The notes below the pieces were generated by a model that made no database searches, was not told the DNA's origin, and saw only the letters and a program-made list of their open reading frames with translations. A DNA stretch of 64,000 nt, taken from positions 213,714,001-213,778,000 of the forward strand of contig OX597814.1 in NCBI GenBank assembly GCA_951406725.2, in the 5' to 3' direction. The position numbers and the translations under genes are program-made. The stretch comes from Octopus vulgaris (Eukaryota). Below are positions 12,572 through 25,821 of this stretch, one piece after another (the stretch's first letter is position 1; each line of letters starts with the position of its first letter).

Positions 12572-13132
12572 ACTAGATCATATTTACAGTTACACTTAAC
12601 TAACCTGTTGAATCTTCCTTCTCAAATAACTCATGCTACTACTGATATCTGTTAGCGTGCACATGACTTTTGAGTGAAAGTACAATATTATGTTGTTGCT
12701 ACCATGGTTAACGTCCCATCAGAGACAAGAATTTAATCAAAATGTGACCAACAGCGGTCCATGATTGGAGTTTAATCAATAAATATGCAATAGCCCCATA
12801 TGTCCGAAATTCCAAAGTAAACAAAAGTAAAACGAAAACACAGAGAAATGGCAAGGAATATACCAGAGGTATATAAATGCTCATCAATAACTAATAATTT
12901 TAGACAGTGGCAGAGCAATTCAGTTGGGTTCTCGTCACTTATTGAAAGCTTTCACACCTCCAGAATGACACGAAAGGTGAATATAAGTACGTGTGTGTTT
13001 TCGTAAGTCGATAAAAGAGGTCTGTCATGAAGTGATTGATTCAGTCTAGCACATTTTCAAATAAAGCAGTGTTTTGCGGGGCAGGGATCAACAGTAAATG
13101 TAAATGTAACACGAATTGCATCTGTAAAGAAA

Positions 13133-13137
13133 CACAC

Positions 13138-13174
<37 letters not shown>

Positions 13175-13228
13175 CACACATACATACATACATACATACA
13201 TACATACATACATACATACATACATACA

Positions 13229-13261
<33 letters not shown>

Positions 13262-13735
13262 GTCTTTATTCAGTTTCATTTCAAGATTTCTCGCCAATAG
13301 AGGAGCCGGCTTCTATGTATGTATGTATGTATGTATGTATGTATGTATGTATGTATGTATGTATGTATGTATGTATGTATGTATGTATGTATGTATGTAT
13401 GTATGTATGTATGTATATTTGTATGTATGTATGTATGTATGTATGTATGTATGTATGTATGTATGTATGCATGTATGTATATTTGTATGTATGTATGTAT
13501 GCATGTATGTATGTATGTATGTATGTATGTATGTATGAATGCATGCATGTATGTATGTATGTATGTATGTATGTATGTATGTATGTATGTATGTATGTAT
13601 GTATGTATGTATGTATGTATGTATGTATATTTGTATGTATGTATGTATGTATGTATATTTGTATGTATGTATGTATGTATGTATGTATGCATGTATGTAT
13701 ATTTGTATGTATGTATGTATGCATGTATGTATGTA
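13133..13735. repeat. (CA)n/(CATA)n followed by a long (TATG)n microsatellite
   Basis: Direct inspection; source of the YVCM/HTYI ORFs. Confidence 0.95.
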
Positions 13736-14004
13736 TCCCTGTATATGAGCAGATTTGTGTGTATTTATGTATGTATACTCATGCTTATAGTTGCGTGTCT
13801 AGACACGCTCATATATACTTAAATGATAAACTGGAAAGTTTTACAGATTTTTACAGTTCCATTGATGGCTTGGATCTGTATGTATGTCATTATTCAGTTT
13901 ATTACAAGATTTCTTACCAATAGAGAAAGAACCGTTTTCTAACCTAGATCCAAGGTTCCTTCATTGGAATTTCAACATCAACAACAGGGTATCTCTCTCT
14001 CTCA

Positions 14005-14059
<55 letters not shown>

Positions 14060-14283
14060 TCTATCTATCTCCAACCTTTTGCCATTCTTTTAACCTGCCT
14101 GTACTCTTATCCTCATTCCTCTCCCAAAAGTCATCACGTGACTTTTCCTTTTTTTTTTTTCAAACGAGCCATTCTTGTAAATTAACCGCTCTACTAATTA
14201 GTCCAGTTTATTTCTCCATCTCTTAGTTTGTCTACATTTTATATCTTTTTCTCTCAACAGCGAAAAGTACATTATCTTCCTCC

Positions 14284-14323
<40 letters not shown>

Positions 14324-14324
14324 T

Positions 14325-14367
<43 letters not shown>

Positions 14368-14889
14368 TTTTATTCGTTTACTCGTTTCAGTCCTTTGACT
14401 GCGGCCATGCTGGAGCACCGCCTTTAGTCGAACAAATCGATCCCCGAACTTATTCTTTGTACGACTAGTACTTATTTTATCGGTCTCTTTTGATATAAAC
14501 GCACCAGCATCGGTTGTCAAGCGATGTTGGGGGACAAAGAGAGACACAAACATATACACACATATATACAAAATATTTTATAATTATATTCATCATTATA
14601 ACAAGGTTAACTAGTTTACCAGCTTTGTTGATTTATTATTTTTTTTTGCTTGCCTTCGGTATAGTGTGTCATTCTGGGAGATTTTTAGGTGGTAATAGTG
14701 GCTTTTAGCTTCTATTTCTTGCAGTGTGTGGTGAGGCGCAAGGCCGATCCCTTGTTATAATTATATATATAATCATAAAATATTTTGTAATATTTACCTA
14801 TGAGGTTTTTCTTTCTGCACTAACTACCTGCTAAAATTATTATTGATTTTACCCTTTTATTATACATAAATAATATTTGCACAAACACA

Positions 14890-14984
<95 letters not shown>

Positions 14985-15461
14985 GACAGGCTTCTTTCAG
15001 TTTCCGCTTATCAAATCCATTCACAAGGCTTTGGTCGTCCAGAGGCTACAAAAGACATTTGCCCAAAGTGCCACCCAGTGGGATTGAACCCAAAACGATG
15101 TGATTGGTAAGCAAGCTATTTACCACACAGTCCCTCCAATATATATATATATATATATTGATTGATTGATTGATTCTAGTTTCAGCTTATGAGCTGTGGC
15201 CATGCTGGGGCACCGCCATATATATATTGACTGCAGTCCGGAGCACCGCCTTGAAGTGATTTTTTTGTTGAACAATTCGACCCTAGGACGTATTTTTAAG
15301 CCTAGTAATTATTCTATCAGTTACTTTCCTGAATTGCTATGTTACGGGGATGTAAACACACCAACACCGGTTGTCAAGCGATGATAAGGGGGACAAACAC
15401 AGATACAAAGACACAAACACATAGATATAAGCATATATATATGTGTGTATATATATATATT

Positions 15462-15502
<41 letters not shown>

Positions 15503-15759
15503 TTATATAAATAAGGATAAGATCGTTAATTTAAAAATAAAATAACGATTTTATCAAGTGGTCAGCATGGAAAAAATAACCTTCAAAGGCTTACATACAT
15601 ACATACATTATTAAAATTATAAATTAGGGTATCCACGAGATACCACCATGCTGAAAATAGCAGCCATGATCTGACTCTAAAAACCACCTTAACTGTCCAA
15701 ATATCAACACGGAGAGAAAACAAAGAGATAAGATGAAACTAGTAAAAAATTACTGGATA

Positions 15760-15817
15760 ATTCTAGATCCGGATTTCTGACTTTGCATTTATGAATGCTT
15801 TGTCTCGTCAGTAGAAT
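15760..15817 (-). ncRNA. Minimal type-I hammerhead ribozyme in a Penelope-like repeat remnant
   Basis: Minus strand: AUUCUA CUGACGA GAC-aaa-GCAUU-caua-AAUGC-aaa-GUC a GAA AUCCGGAU C UAGAAU. Canonical core, 6-bp stem I, palindromic stem III, AUC site. Confidence 0.75.
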
Positions 15818-17039
15818 ACCTTGTACTTTTAAATGCGCACACTACATATCCCACACATGTATCTACATCAATAACTCTACAATAATCCCCGCTCTTAAGT
15901 CTCAGTATTGTATCATCCAAAACTTTTGCTGCACGACCCCAACATTATATACTGGGTGCTCTGTAAGACTTGTCGTGTTCTCTACCTTAATGAAATGGCC
16001 AGTTGCTTGGAAATCATGTTCACCGCTTCTCTGGCAAGCTGTAGCTTCTATTTCAACAAACCTTATCACTCGGTGTCTAGCATGTCTTTCTTATACGATA
16101 TCACACTTCAAGAAACAGAAACAGCAAAGAACGAATACATATATATAAGATAAGATACGCATGCGTGTGCGGGGAGGGCATGTGTTTATGTATGTATGTA
16201 TGTATGTATGTATGTATGTATGTATGTATGTATGTATGTATGTATGTACGTACGTATGTATGTATGTATGTATGTATGTATGTATGTATGTATGTATGAA
16301 TGTACGTACGTATGTATGTATGTATGTATGTACGTACGTATGTATGTATGTATGTATGTATGTATGTATGTATGTATGTACGTACGTATGTATGTATGTA
16401 TGTATGTATGTATGTGTGTGTATGTATGTATAACATTATATACAGAATTTGAACCTTTTCTACTATAGATATAAATGAAGATTCTCTTTTATTGCTTCTT
16501 AATTCCATCCTGCTTCTTAGAGAAACATTGGATGTTATGCCCAATGCATTTATAAAACCAGGGATCGAGTGGAATTGGTAACTGGGGCAAAATGAGTAAT
16601 TTCTTATTTCCTTTTTATTTTCTCCCTGTTTTCTTCAAACCATTACATTTCAAGTATTGTATCATCATTCTGCACTGTTAAAACATAGTCAGGTGACTAG
16701 TACTATTTTCTGGAAAATTTCTCTCAATTTTGACCCGATTATAATTGAGGTTACTAATAAAATATCTGGATAATTTTGGGTGTTTAACAATCAATATTCT
16801 TTTCTCTCATGGATTTCAAGTCAATTTTCCCACACTAATGTCCAATTTGATAATTCTCAATTTTCAAAACAAAAACAAAGAAAATGTCTAAACTGGGGCA
16901 AAATGGGTAATGACTAATTTCAATAATTTCTTCACTTTAACTGAATACACAAATTTAAGTATATCAGGAAGAGAGCCACTCTAGCATATTGTGAAGAATT
17001 TATATCTATCATCTACTGAGTTTTTAGATTTAGTGGAGT

Positions 17040-17330
17040 TTCGTTAATTTCATATCATGTGCCAATTTTTCTATGACCCTCTTTCATTTGACCAAGACAT
17101 ATTTAACTTATGTGGCACTTCTGATCTCTCTAGTGTTTATCGATATATATTGATGCATATGAGTCCTTTATCATATGTAATTTCGGAGAATCGAAGAAGC
17201 AAATTTACCTTATCTTGTCTTAAATATTTTTGTCACATCTTAATTTGAGAATGGAGACAATTTTCTGAAATATGTGACAGTGTTTTAATGTCTTCAAAGG
17301 TCATTTGCTTAGCTGATATAGTTTTTATAA
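17040..17330 (-). pseudogene. Possible DNA-transposase C-terminal remnant (Sola1-like)
   Basis: Minus strand KTISAKQMTFEDIK...DKVNLLLRFSEITYDK loosely recalls Sola1 C-termini; contains stops. Confidence 0.2.
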
Positions 17331-18521
17331 GGCAGTCAACATTTTTAAAATAGTACTTTTTCTCTCTCAGAGTCATAAATGCAGTAGATATTACTCATAG
17401 TGCCCCACCACCCCCCACCCCCTTACCTTTCTTTTTTCTTATTCTTTTAAATGTCATATTCTTTTATGTCTGCGAGCTAGTGAGAGCTGATAGTACAGCT
17501 TCAACAATCCACAATTATAAGTGGCCTGTCATCTATATGATGCGTGTTTGTCCTCTTGACTATCAATACTGGTGTGTGTACTAATGAGTTTGAATAATGC
17601 TGTTGATAAACTACTTATTGTGGTCACTGACCTGGCTTACAAAACAGCCTGTTTCTTTCTTATATTGACCTTTACTCTCCGATCTAATCTTCCCTCACAC
17701 TGCCCTCACTCATTTCTTCTCCACCTAACCCTCTCGTAAATTCTCATCTCTCCCCCATCTCTCTCAGTCTGTGTCTATCTCTCGCCACTTTTCTCCCTCC
17801 AACTTGGCTCACAGGCATCCACGCCTCCTAAATTTCAGCCAGCTGCTGTGGTTTCTTAGTTACCAATTCGTATGTGCGATATTGTGTTAGTACACCCATT
17901 TATACCTTTGTAATAACCCATATTTTGAACAAGCAATACACCTTCAATCACACGCTCTCGTACATACACAATCCACAGAAATGCACATGTATATGTATTA
18001 TAGAATAAACTTATTAATTCAGTTAGATGGTCATCTATGGTTTATCCTATATTTCGTTAAATTACCAGAAACGAACACTGATGCTGGGACAGCAATTTAT
18101 TTATCCAACTAGCTGAAATGCGATTCATAAACTATTAACAAGAATTAATAATCTAGTATAGGGTATTTATGCAAATCGGATAATCCAGGAGCGAGCGATA
18201 TTCATGCAAATCGATTTCTCTGAATGAATAAAACCTTTTATAATAGTTGCTATATATAAAGTTTAGCCATAGAATAGAACTTGGTTGCTAATAAAATCCC
18301 AATAAAGCTGATCCACTTGATACTCCTGTCTTCTGTCCACGGAAAACAAACATGTCTACAGCTGATTAGTACAGTCAATTAAGAGTAATTCACATGCATT
18401 ATTGGCTAATACCTATAGTTTATTTTGTTCTACATTATAATTCATGTACGTGCACATACACACGTATGTGTGTGTGTATACGCACACATATATATATATA
18501 CATATATATAAATATATATAA

Positions 18522-18593
<72 letters not shown>

Positions 18594-18799
18594 GAGGTAG
18601 GTCGGTTTATGGGGTTACACTGAGTTTCTCGCTCATAAGGGGTTTCGCCTTACGGCCTGAGACCGCTTTAAAATATGGAGGGGGAAAAAGTCTCGTTTTT
18701 GAGAGTAAAACCATGGGTGATTATCTCCCTTTTGCCATTGTCCATCGACCTTCAGCCGCGCTGCCATCTTGCGGTCAGCAAAGCACCACGAAGGTAGAC

Positions 18800-19924
18800 G
18801 ATTGTTCACCAGAAAAAGGTAATTAAAATTCATTAAAATGACAGATCTATCGGGCTTTCAAAGAGGTCGACTTGTTGGTGCGCGTATGGCAGGAGCTAGC
18901 GTAACGAAAACAGACGAAATGTTTGGTGTGCCAAGAAGTACTGTCTCGAAAGTAATGACGGCCTTTGAGAAAGAGCGAAAAACCTCCTCGTCGAAACAAA
19001 ACTCCGAAAGAAAACCAAAACGTTCAGATAGGGACCGTCACACTTTTACGCGAATTGTTAGAAAGGATCACAAAAGTACAGCTCCCAAAATTACTGCAGA
19101 GCTTAATGACCACCTCGAGAACCCAGTTTGAACAAAAGCTGTTCGCCAGAAGCTGTACAAAGCCGGAATTCACGGGAGAGCTGCAATCACAAAAATACTA
19201 CTTTCAAAAACAAACGATGCAAAGCGTTTAGAATGGAGGAGTAAAAATCTACAGAGTTGGTCCCTAGAGCAGTGGAAGTATGTTAGATGCTCGGACGAGT
19301 CATCCTTTACCCTATTTCCGACCATTGGCCGAGTATGCGTGTGGAGATAGCCAAAAGAAGCATCTGACCCACGCTGCCCTCTTTTAACTGTTAAACATGG
19401 AGGAGGATCTGAGGTGATCTAAGGGGGCTATATCTTGGAATCCGCCGGTCCAATAGTTTCCCTTCGTGGCAGAATTAATAGTCAAGACTATTTAAGCATT
19501 TTATCCGATCAAATTCATCCGATGGTTTTGGAAATGTTTCCGGAGGGAAACACAATCTTTCAGGAAGATAATGCATCAATTCACACAGCTAAAGTTGTTA
19601 CTGAATAGCACGAGGAACATTCTAGTGAAGTTGAACATCTTATCTGGCCACCACAGTCCCCAGATCTCAATATTATTGAACATTTATGGTGCATTTTAGA
19701 AAAACAAGTAAGGAGTCGATATCTTCCACCATCATCACTACAAGAACTGGAGACTTTTTTAGCTGAAGAACGGACAAAAATTCCTTTGGAAATAATTCAA
19801 ACTCAGTACGAGTCCATACCTCCTAGAATTAAAGTTGCAATTGCTGCCAAAGGCGTTCCTACCCCATATTAAAATAAATTTGTTTGAAATTTTAAGGTGT
19901 TTCCATTATTTTGTCCAACCCCTG
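18800..19924 (+). mobile_element. Tc1-like transposon, left end missing
   Basis: Right TIR GGTGTTTCCATTATTTTGTCCAACCCCTG followed by TA; a homologous fragment lies at about 25425-25530. Confidence 0.85.
18838..19872 (+). pseudogene. Tc1-family transposase pseudogene with DD36E spacing
   Basis: 345 codons in one frame with 4 stops before the catalytic E; motifs MTDLSGFQRGRLVGAR, SDESSF, FQEDNASIH, WPPQSPDLNIIEHLW. Second D at 19567 and E at 19678 are separated by 36 codons. Confidence 0.9.
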
Positions 19925-20021
19925 TATGTGTATATGTATAACAATTGCAGCGTGGAAGGTGTTTATAAGCCATTTAAGAAACACACAAAACCGTTAGATT
20001 CACTTCAACATTTAAATTTAA

Positions 20022-20072
20022 TTTATCAAAATATTTTCGTCGCTTTGAGACTGCGACCTGTTCGCTGACAAA
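20022..20072 (-). ncRNA. Variant minimal hammerhead (G3:C8), mirror copy
   Basis: UUUGUCA GCGAACA g GUCGC-agucucaaa-GCGAC GAA AAUAUU U UGAUAAA; one stem-I change leaves a G-U pair. Confidence 0.55.
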
Positions 20073-20107
20073 GCTTCGTGCTGACAAAGCTTCGTGCTGC
20101 ACGAAAC

Positions 20108-20158
20108 TTTGTCAGCGAACAGGTCGCGGTCTCAAAGCGACGAAAATATTTTGACAAA
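20108..20158 (+). ncRNA. Variant minimal hammerhead (G3:C8 swap, U4C)
   Basis: UUUGUCA GCGAACA g GUCGC-ggucucaaa-GCGAC GAA AAUAUU U UGACAAA; 7-bp stem I, 5-bp stem II, palindromic stem III. Confidence 0.6.
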
Positions 20159-20292
20159 TTAAATTTAAATGTTGAAGTGAATCGAACAGCTTTTGTGTAT
20201 TTCTTAAATGGCTTATAAACACCTTCCACGCTGCAATTGTTTTCGTTCCAGCACACGATCTCAGATCAAGTCACTCGCTATGCAAGTACATC

Positions 20293-20330
<38 letters not shown>

Positions 20331-20536
20331 AACAATGGAACAAGTTTTAGCACGAGGCCAGCAATTTGGAGGGAGGGAGTAAGTCGATTACATCGACTCC
20401 ATGAATTAACTGCAACATATTTTACCGATCCTGAGAGGATGAAAGGCAAAGTCAACCTCGGCGAAATTTGAGTGCAGGACGTAAAGATGGACGAAATCCC
20501 ACTAAGCATTTTGCCCTGCCAGCTAACGATACTTAT

Positions 20537-20946
20537 TTCTGTATTGTCCATAAGGGGCTAAACATAGAGGGGACAAACAAGGACAGACAATGGGATTAAG
20601 TCGATTACATCGACCCCAGTGCGTAACTGGTACTTAATTTATCGACCCCGAAAGGATGAAAGGCAAAGTCGACTTCGGTGGAATTTGAACTCAGAACGTA
20701 GCGGCAGACCAAATACCTATTTCTTTACTACCCACAAGGGGCTAAACACAGAGGGGACAAACAAGGACAGACAAACGGGTTAAGTCGATTACATGGACCC
20801 TAGTGCGTAACTGGTACTTATTTAATCGACCCCGAAAGGGATGAAAGGCAAAGTCAACCTCGGCGGAATTTGAACTCAGAACGTAACGGCAGACGAAATA
20901 CGGCTGCGCATTTCGCCCAGCGTGCTAACGTTTCTGCCAGCCCACC
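20537..20946 (-). mobile_element. SINE family M with two tandem body units
   Basis: One head followed by two ~183-bp body/tail units. Confidence 0.8.
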
Positions 20947-21027
20947 ATATTGTTAATAATAATAATAATCCTTTCTGGTAAAGGTACAAGGCCTGAAATT
21001 TTGGCGGTAGGAGATTAGCGTTAATAA

Positions 21028-21120
<93 letters not shown>

Positions 21121-21156
21121 AATAATAACAATAATAATAATAATGATGATTATAAC

Positions 21157-21211
<55 letters not shown>

Positions 21212-21230
21212 GTAATAATAATAATAATAA

Positions 21231-21480
21231 TGTGGACCCGCGTAGGTTAGTGGTTAGTGATACGCTCATAATCGTAACACTGTGGTTTCGACTCCTGTAG
21301 CGGGCGATGTGTTGTGTTCTTGAGCAAAACGTTCCGTTTCACTTTGCCCCAGTCCACTCAGCTGCAAAAAGGAGTAATCCTGTGGCAGACTGGCATCCTG
21401 TCCAAGGTGGCGGAAAGATATTTACGCCACAAAATCCGGGAAACTGCCCTTGTGAGAATATGGCTCGGTAAGGACCTTAA
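21231..21480 (+). mobile_element. Older copy of the V-domain-like SINE, after (AAT)n/(GAT)n at 21025-21231
   Basis: Homologous to 8445-8703. Confidence 0.65.
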
Positions 21481-21920
21481 CTCCCTTTTTCATAATAATT
21501 GAATAAAACGTTTTTACATTCGTCACCCTGAGTTCAACGCTACTGCATTTTGACAAGAATGGATTCTTTATTCAAATTACTGTTTTAAATAAATGGTCAA
21601 AAGCGAAGATTGTAAATAATGAGATTCAAAGGATGATTAATGCTTGACAAGTTATTCAAATAAAACATCTGCGGATGAAATGAATGGTAGATTTAGATGT
21701 CGGTAATACAGACAGTAGTGGACAACGTGATGTTCGTTGGAAATAATAAAAAAAGACAGAATGTAAGAGGAAAGAAGTAGATACAAAAGAAGGAGAGGCA
21801 TAATGAAATATAGAAATATTAGGGGAAAAGAGGAAAAGGCGGTAAAATGAATTAGCTCTGTGGGAGGGTTCAAAAATGAACAAACGGGATTAAGATTGAT
21901 ATAATGTAGTCGGGAGAAAC

Positions 21921-22343
21921 TACTCTTTTACTCTTTTACTCTTTTACTTGTTTCAGTCATTTGACTGCGGCCATGCTGGAGCACCGCCTTTTTTTAGTCG
22001 AGCAAATCGACCCCGGGACTTATTCTTTTGTAAGCCCAGTACTTATTCTATCGGTTTCTTTTTGCCGAACCGCTTAGTTACGGGGACGTAAACACACCAG
22101 CATCGGTTGTCAAGCAATGCTAGGAGGACAAACACAGACACACAAACACACACATACATATATATACATATACATATATACGACAGGCTTCTTTCAGTTT
22201 CCGTCTACCAAATCCACTCACAAGGCATTGGTCGGCCAGGGGCTATAGCAGAAGACGCTTGCCCAAGATTCCACGCAGTGGGACTGAACCCGGAACCATG
22301 TGGTTGGTTAGCAAGCTACTTACCACACAGCCACTCCTGCGCC
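21921..22343 (-). mobile_element. SINE family A, full length
   Basis: Reverse complement of 8867-9280. Confidence 0.9.
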
Positions 22344-22562
22344 TATATACAAATGTAGATTTCATTAGAGGTATGTCCGGATACAAATAAGCCTGATTAG
22401 ACACAAAGAGGTAGTGTTTAGAATTGCAGGTTTTTATTAGGTGGGTGGCGGATCGAAAGTAAATGAAAGGGTAAAATTGACTGCACGCAAGAGGGAAAAG
22501 CGCAGAGGAGTAGCAATAGAAAAAAAAGTAAAAAGAATGCAATGTAAAGAAGGGACTCCGAT

Positions 22563-22940
22563 GCACTCCGTCGGTTACGACGACGAGGGTTCCGGTTGAT
22601 CCGATCAACGGAACAGCCTGCTCGTGAAATTAACGTGTAAGTGGCTGAGCACTCCACAGACACGTGTACCCTTAACGTAATTCTCGGGGATATTCAGCGT
22701 GACACAGAGAGTGACAAGGCCGGCCCTTTGAAATACAGGTACAACAGAAACAGGAAGTAAAAGTGAGAGAAAGTTGTGGTGAAAGAGTACAGCAGGGATC
22801 ACCACCATCCCCTGCCGGAGCCTCGTGGAGCTTTTAGGTGTTTTCGCTCAATAAACATTGACAACGCCCGGTCTGGGAATCGAAACCGCGATCCTATGAC
22901 CGCGAGTCCGCTGCCCTAACCACTGGGCCATTGCGCCTCC
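22563..22940 (-). mobile_element. SINE family B, full length
   Basis: Reverse complement of 12195-12571. Confidence 0.9.
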
Positions 22941-23317
22941 ATGTAAATCATATACTGCAGGGGAAGTGTTAATGGATGTTTAAATAAATTATATAAACAA
23001 ATACGATGGAATACAATAAAATGCAATATACTACACTAAAATAATAAAAGTACAAATAAAATCCAATACGACATAATACAATATAATTAATCGAATACGA
23101 TAAGACATTATTAATCAAATATAACAAAAACAGCTGGAGTAAAGAGTAAAGTAAGGTAATATACGATATAGTAGATAGACACGAAATATTTTGCTAATAT
23201 TCAGAGAAAGACTGGAGGGAAACATTTTACCAGTACTTTTTTTTCTTTTTCTTGTTTTCATTTGTCATCTTTGAAATACTTTTGTTCAATATTTAGCAAC
23301 TGAATACTGATATACAA

Positions 23318-23742
23318 GGAGGCGCAATGGCCCAGTGGTTAGGGCAGCGGACTCGCGGTCATAGGATCGCGGTTTCGATTCCCAGACCGGGCGTTGTGAG
23401 TGTTTATTGAGCGAAAACACCTAAAAAGCTCCACGAGGCTACGGCAGGGGGTGGTGGTGATCCCTGCTGTACTCTTTCACCACAACTTTCTCTCACTCTT
23501 ACTTCCTGTTTCTGTTGTACCTGTATTTCAAAGAGCCGGCTTTGTCACTCTCTGTGTCACGCTGAATATCCCCGAGAACTACGTTAAGGGTACACGTGTC
23601 TGTGGAGTGCTCAGCCACTTACACGTTAATTTCACGAGCAGGCTGTTCCGTGGCATCTTGGGCAAGTGTCTTCTGCTATAGCCCCGGGCCGACCAATGCC
23701 TTGGGAGTGGATTTGGTAGACGGAAACTGAAAGAAGCCTGTC

Positions 23743-23792
<50 letters not shown>

Positions 23793-24016
23793 ATGTGTTT
23801 GTGTGTCTGTCTTTGTCCCGCTAGCATTGCTTGACAACCGATGCTGGTGTGTTTACGTCCCCGTCAATTAACGGTTCGGCAAAAGAGACCGATAGAATAA
23901 GTACTGGGCTTACAAAAGAATAAGTCCCGGGGTCGATTTGCTCGACTAAAGGCGGTGCTCCAGCATGGCCGCAGTCAAATGACAGAAACAAAGTAAAAGA
24001 GTAAAAGAGTAAGAGT
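23318..24016 (+). mobile_element. Chimeric SINE: family B 5' part fused to family A body and tail
   Basis: Family B to GGCTGTTCCGT (about 23652), then family A from CGTGGCATCTTGGGCAAG. Confidence 0.85.
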
Positions 24017-25632
24017 AGAAGTTCTAAAAAAAATTCCTTGAATAAAATAGCAGTGTAATTATTATCCTGAGGGTGGAATGAAGTTTCTTAGGGTAAACTT
24101 GCTTTCGTGACAGTATTATGAAAGTATCTTCTTTTTTTGAATTTAGTAGCTTGCTGAGCGACGTCAAAATACATAGAAACTCACTACTACATAAACAACA
24201 CAATCCCCATCATCTTCCGTATGATTCGTCACATTCTATTATTGCCTATCGTATTATTAAATATTGTCCTTTATTGCGATTTATTGTATTTGATTTATCT
24301 TGTGTATGGCACTTTATTCTATTCAATTGTAAATATTGAATTTAATTCGGTCATTTAAACACCAATTAATAGTCTCCCTATTGTATTTAAATCAGTCATT
24401 TAAACGCCAATTAATAGTTGATATAGATGTGTTTCCAATTCTACTTCTTTCAGTCTTTCTTTTTATTATGCTGCTGCTTTCTTCATACGTCTTTCTATTT
24501 CATTTCTACTCACACCTGTTTCTTTATTTTTTTTCCCTCATTGTAAGCAGTCATCATTACCTATTCACTTTCACTTTCTGGTTGAGAAGTGGTATCTCTT
24601 TTCTCTAAATGTCTATGCGTGCTGCATGTAAATTGCTCTTAAAGTCATGTTCTATAAAGACTAAACTCTTTTCACTTTTAGTTAGCAGAGACATTTTCCG
24701 TTAATACTGACATAATTATTTTGTCAATTAATAGACGTTTATGGAAGATTCGTTTGTTACATTTGTTACATTGGAAAAACAGCTTTCGATGTTGTTCGCA
24801 CAGCTCAAACTAAAATTCAAAGTCTTCTTGCGAAATATATTTATGACTCAAATAACCCATTAGGAAGCATTTCTGCATTAGTTTCAAGTCAGTTTTGGCT
24901 ATGAAGACTGTCGCATCCAATCTATACAGTGGATTAAACCAAATAATGTGGCACTTATGCAACTCTTTAATGCTTTCAAGACTTCGCTATGGAATCTGCT
25001 CTCTTTAAATGAGTTTTTATGATAGAGATTTGCATAACTAAAGCATATTACGTCTGACTAATTGCTAGTGATACGGTAGATACTAGTATTAACTAAAGCA
25101 TTTATTATTATGGGGTTTGATTGAAGAACTTGCTAATAAGAAATGCTTTTTATCTGGTTTCCTGGAAGTGTTTCCTGAAGCAATGGATTTTTGAATAGGC
25201 AAATACAATGTTTTTGATTCGATCTGCAAAATATGATTATGATAAATTAGAATAACTTCTTTTGAATAAGTGGTAAAATTTTACATTTCTGTTGTTATTG
25301 CATTTTCTTCTTTTTTTTTTTTTGTTACATGTCATTAATGCTCTGTAAATCCAGTGTGTGACATATAATCCTGAAATATTATTGCAGTCCTGGAATTATT
25401 AGATTTAATCAAGAATAAGAGAAAGAGGGAAAAATCTCTTCATCGAAACAAAACTCCGGAAGAAAACCAAAACTTTCATATGGGGACCGCCAGACTCTTA
25501 CGCGAATTGTTAGAAAGGATCACAAAAGTTTCCAATCTGTGACGTTTTGAACATTCTAATTCTCACTATAAATCTTTATTCTACAAATGCAGTGGTAGAT
25601 GTACGCATTAACCACTATTATATGCACATGTG

Positions 25633-25709
<77 letters not shown>

Positions 25710-25741
25710 TAGATAGATAGATAGATAGATAGGTAGGTAGG

Positions 25742-25821
<80 letters not shown>

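Larger units (their letters stand above)
19940..20297. mobile_element. Penelope-like inverted pseudo-LTR pair (palindrome 19940-20241 plus tail) abutting (TA)n
   Basis: ~140-bp inverted arms around a duplicated 16-mer (CTGACAAAGCTTCGTG); each arm carries an HHR-like fold. Confidence 0.7.

Noticed and set aside
13036-13923. 295-aa ORF and the many other YVCM/HTYI/YI/poly-N/I/Y ORFs
   Set aside because: They are translations of microsatellites with no coding signal.
18615-18670. GCC-GTAA-GGC-GAAA hairpin on the minus strand
   Set aside because: Upstream bases do not match the HHR core; at most a fragment.
24760-25000. Coding-looking stretch CYIGKTAFDVVRTAQ...
   Set aside because: Multiple stops, no recognisable family or splice support.
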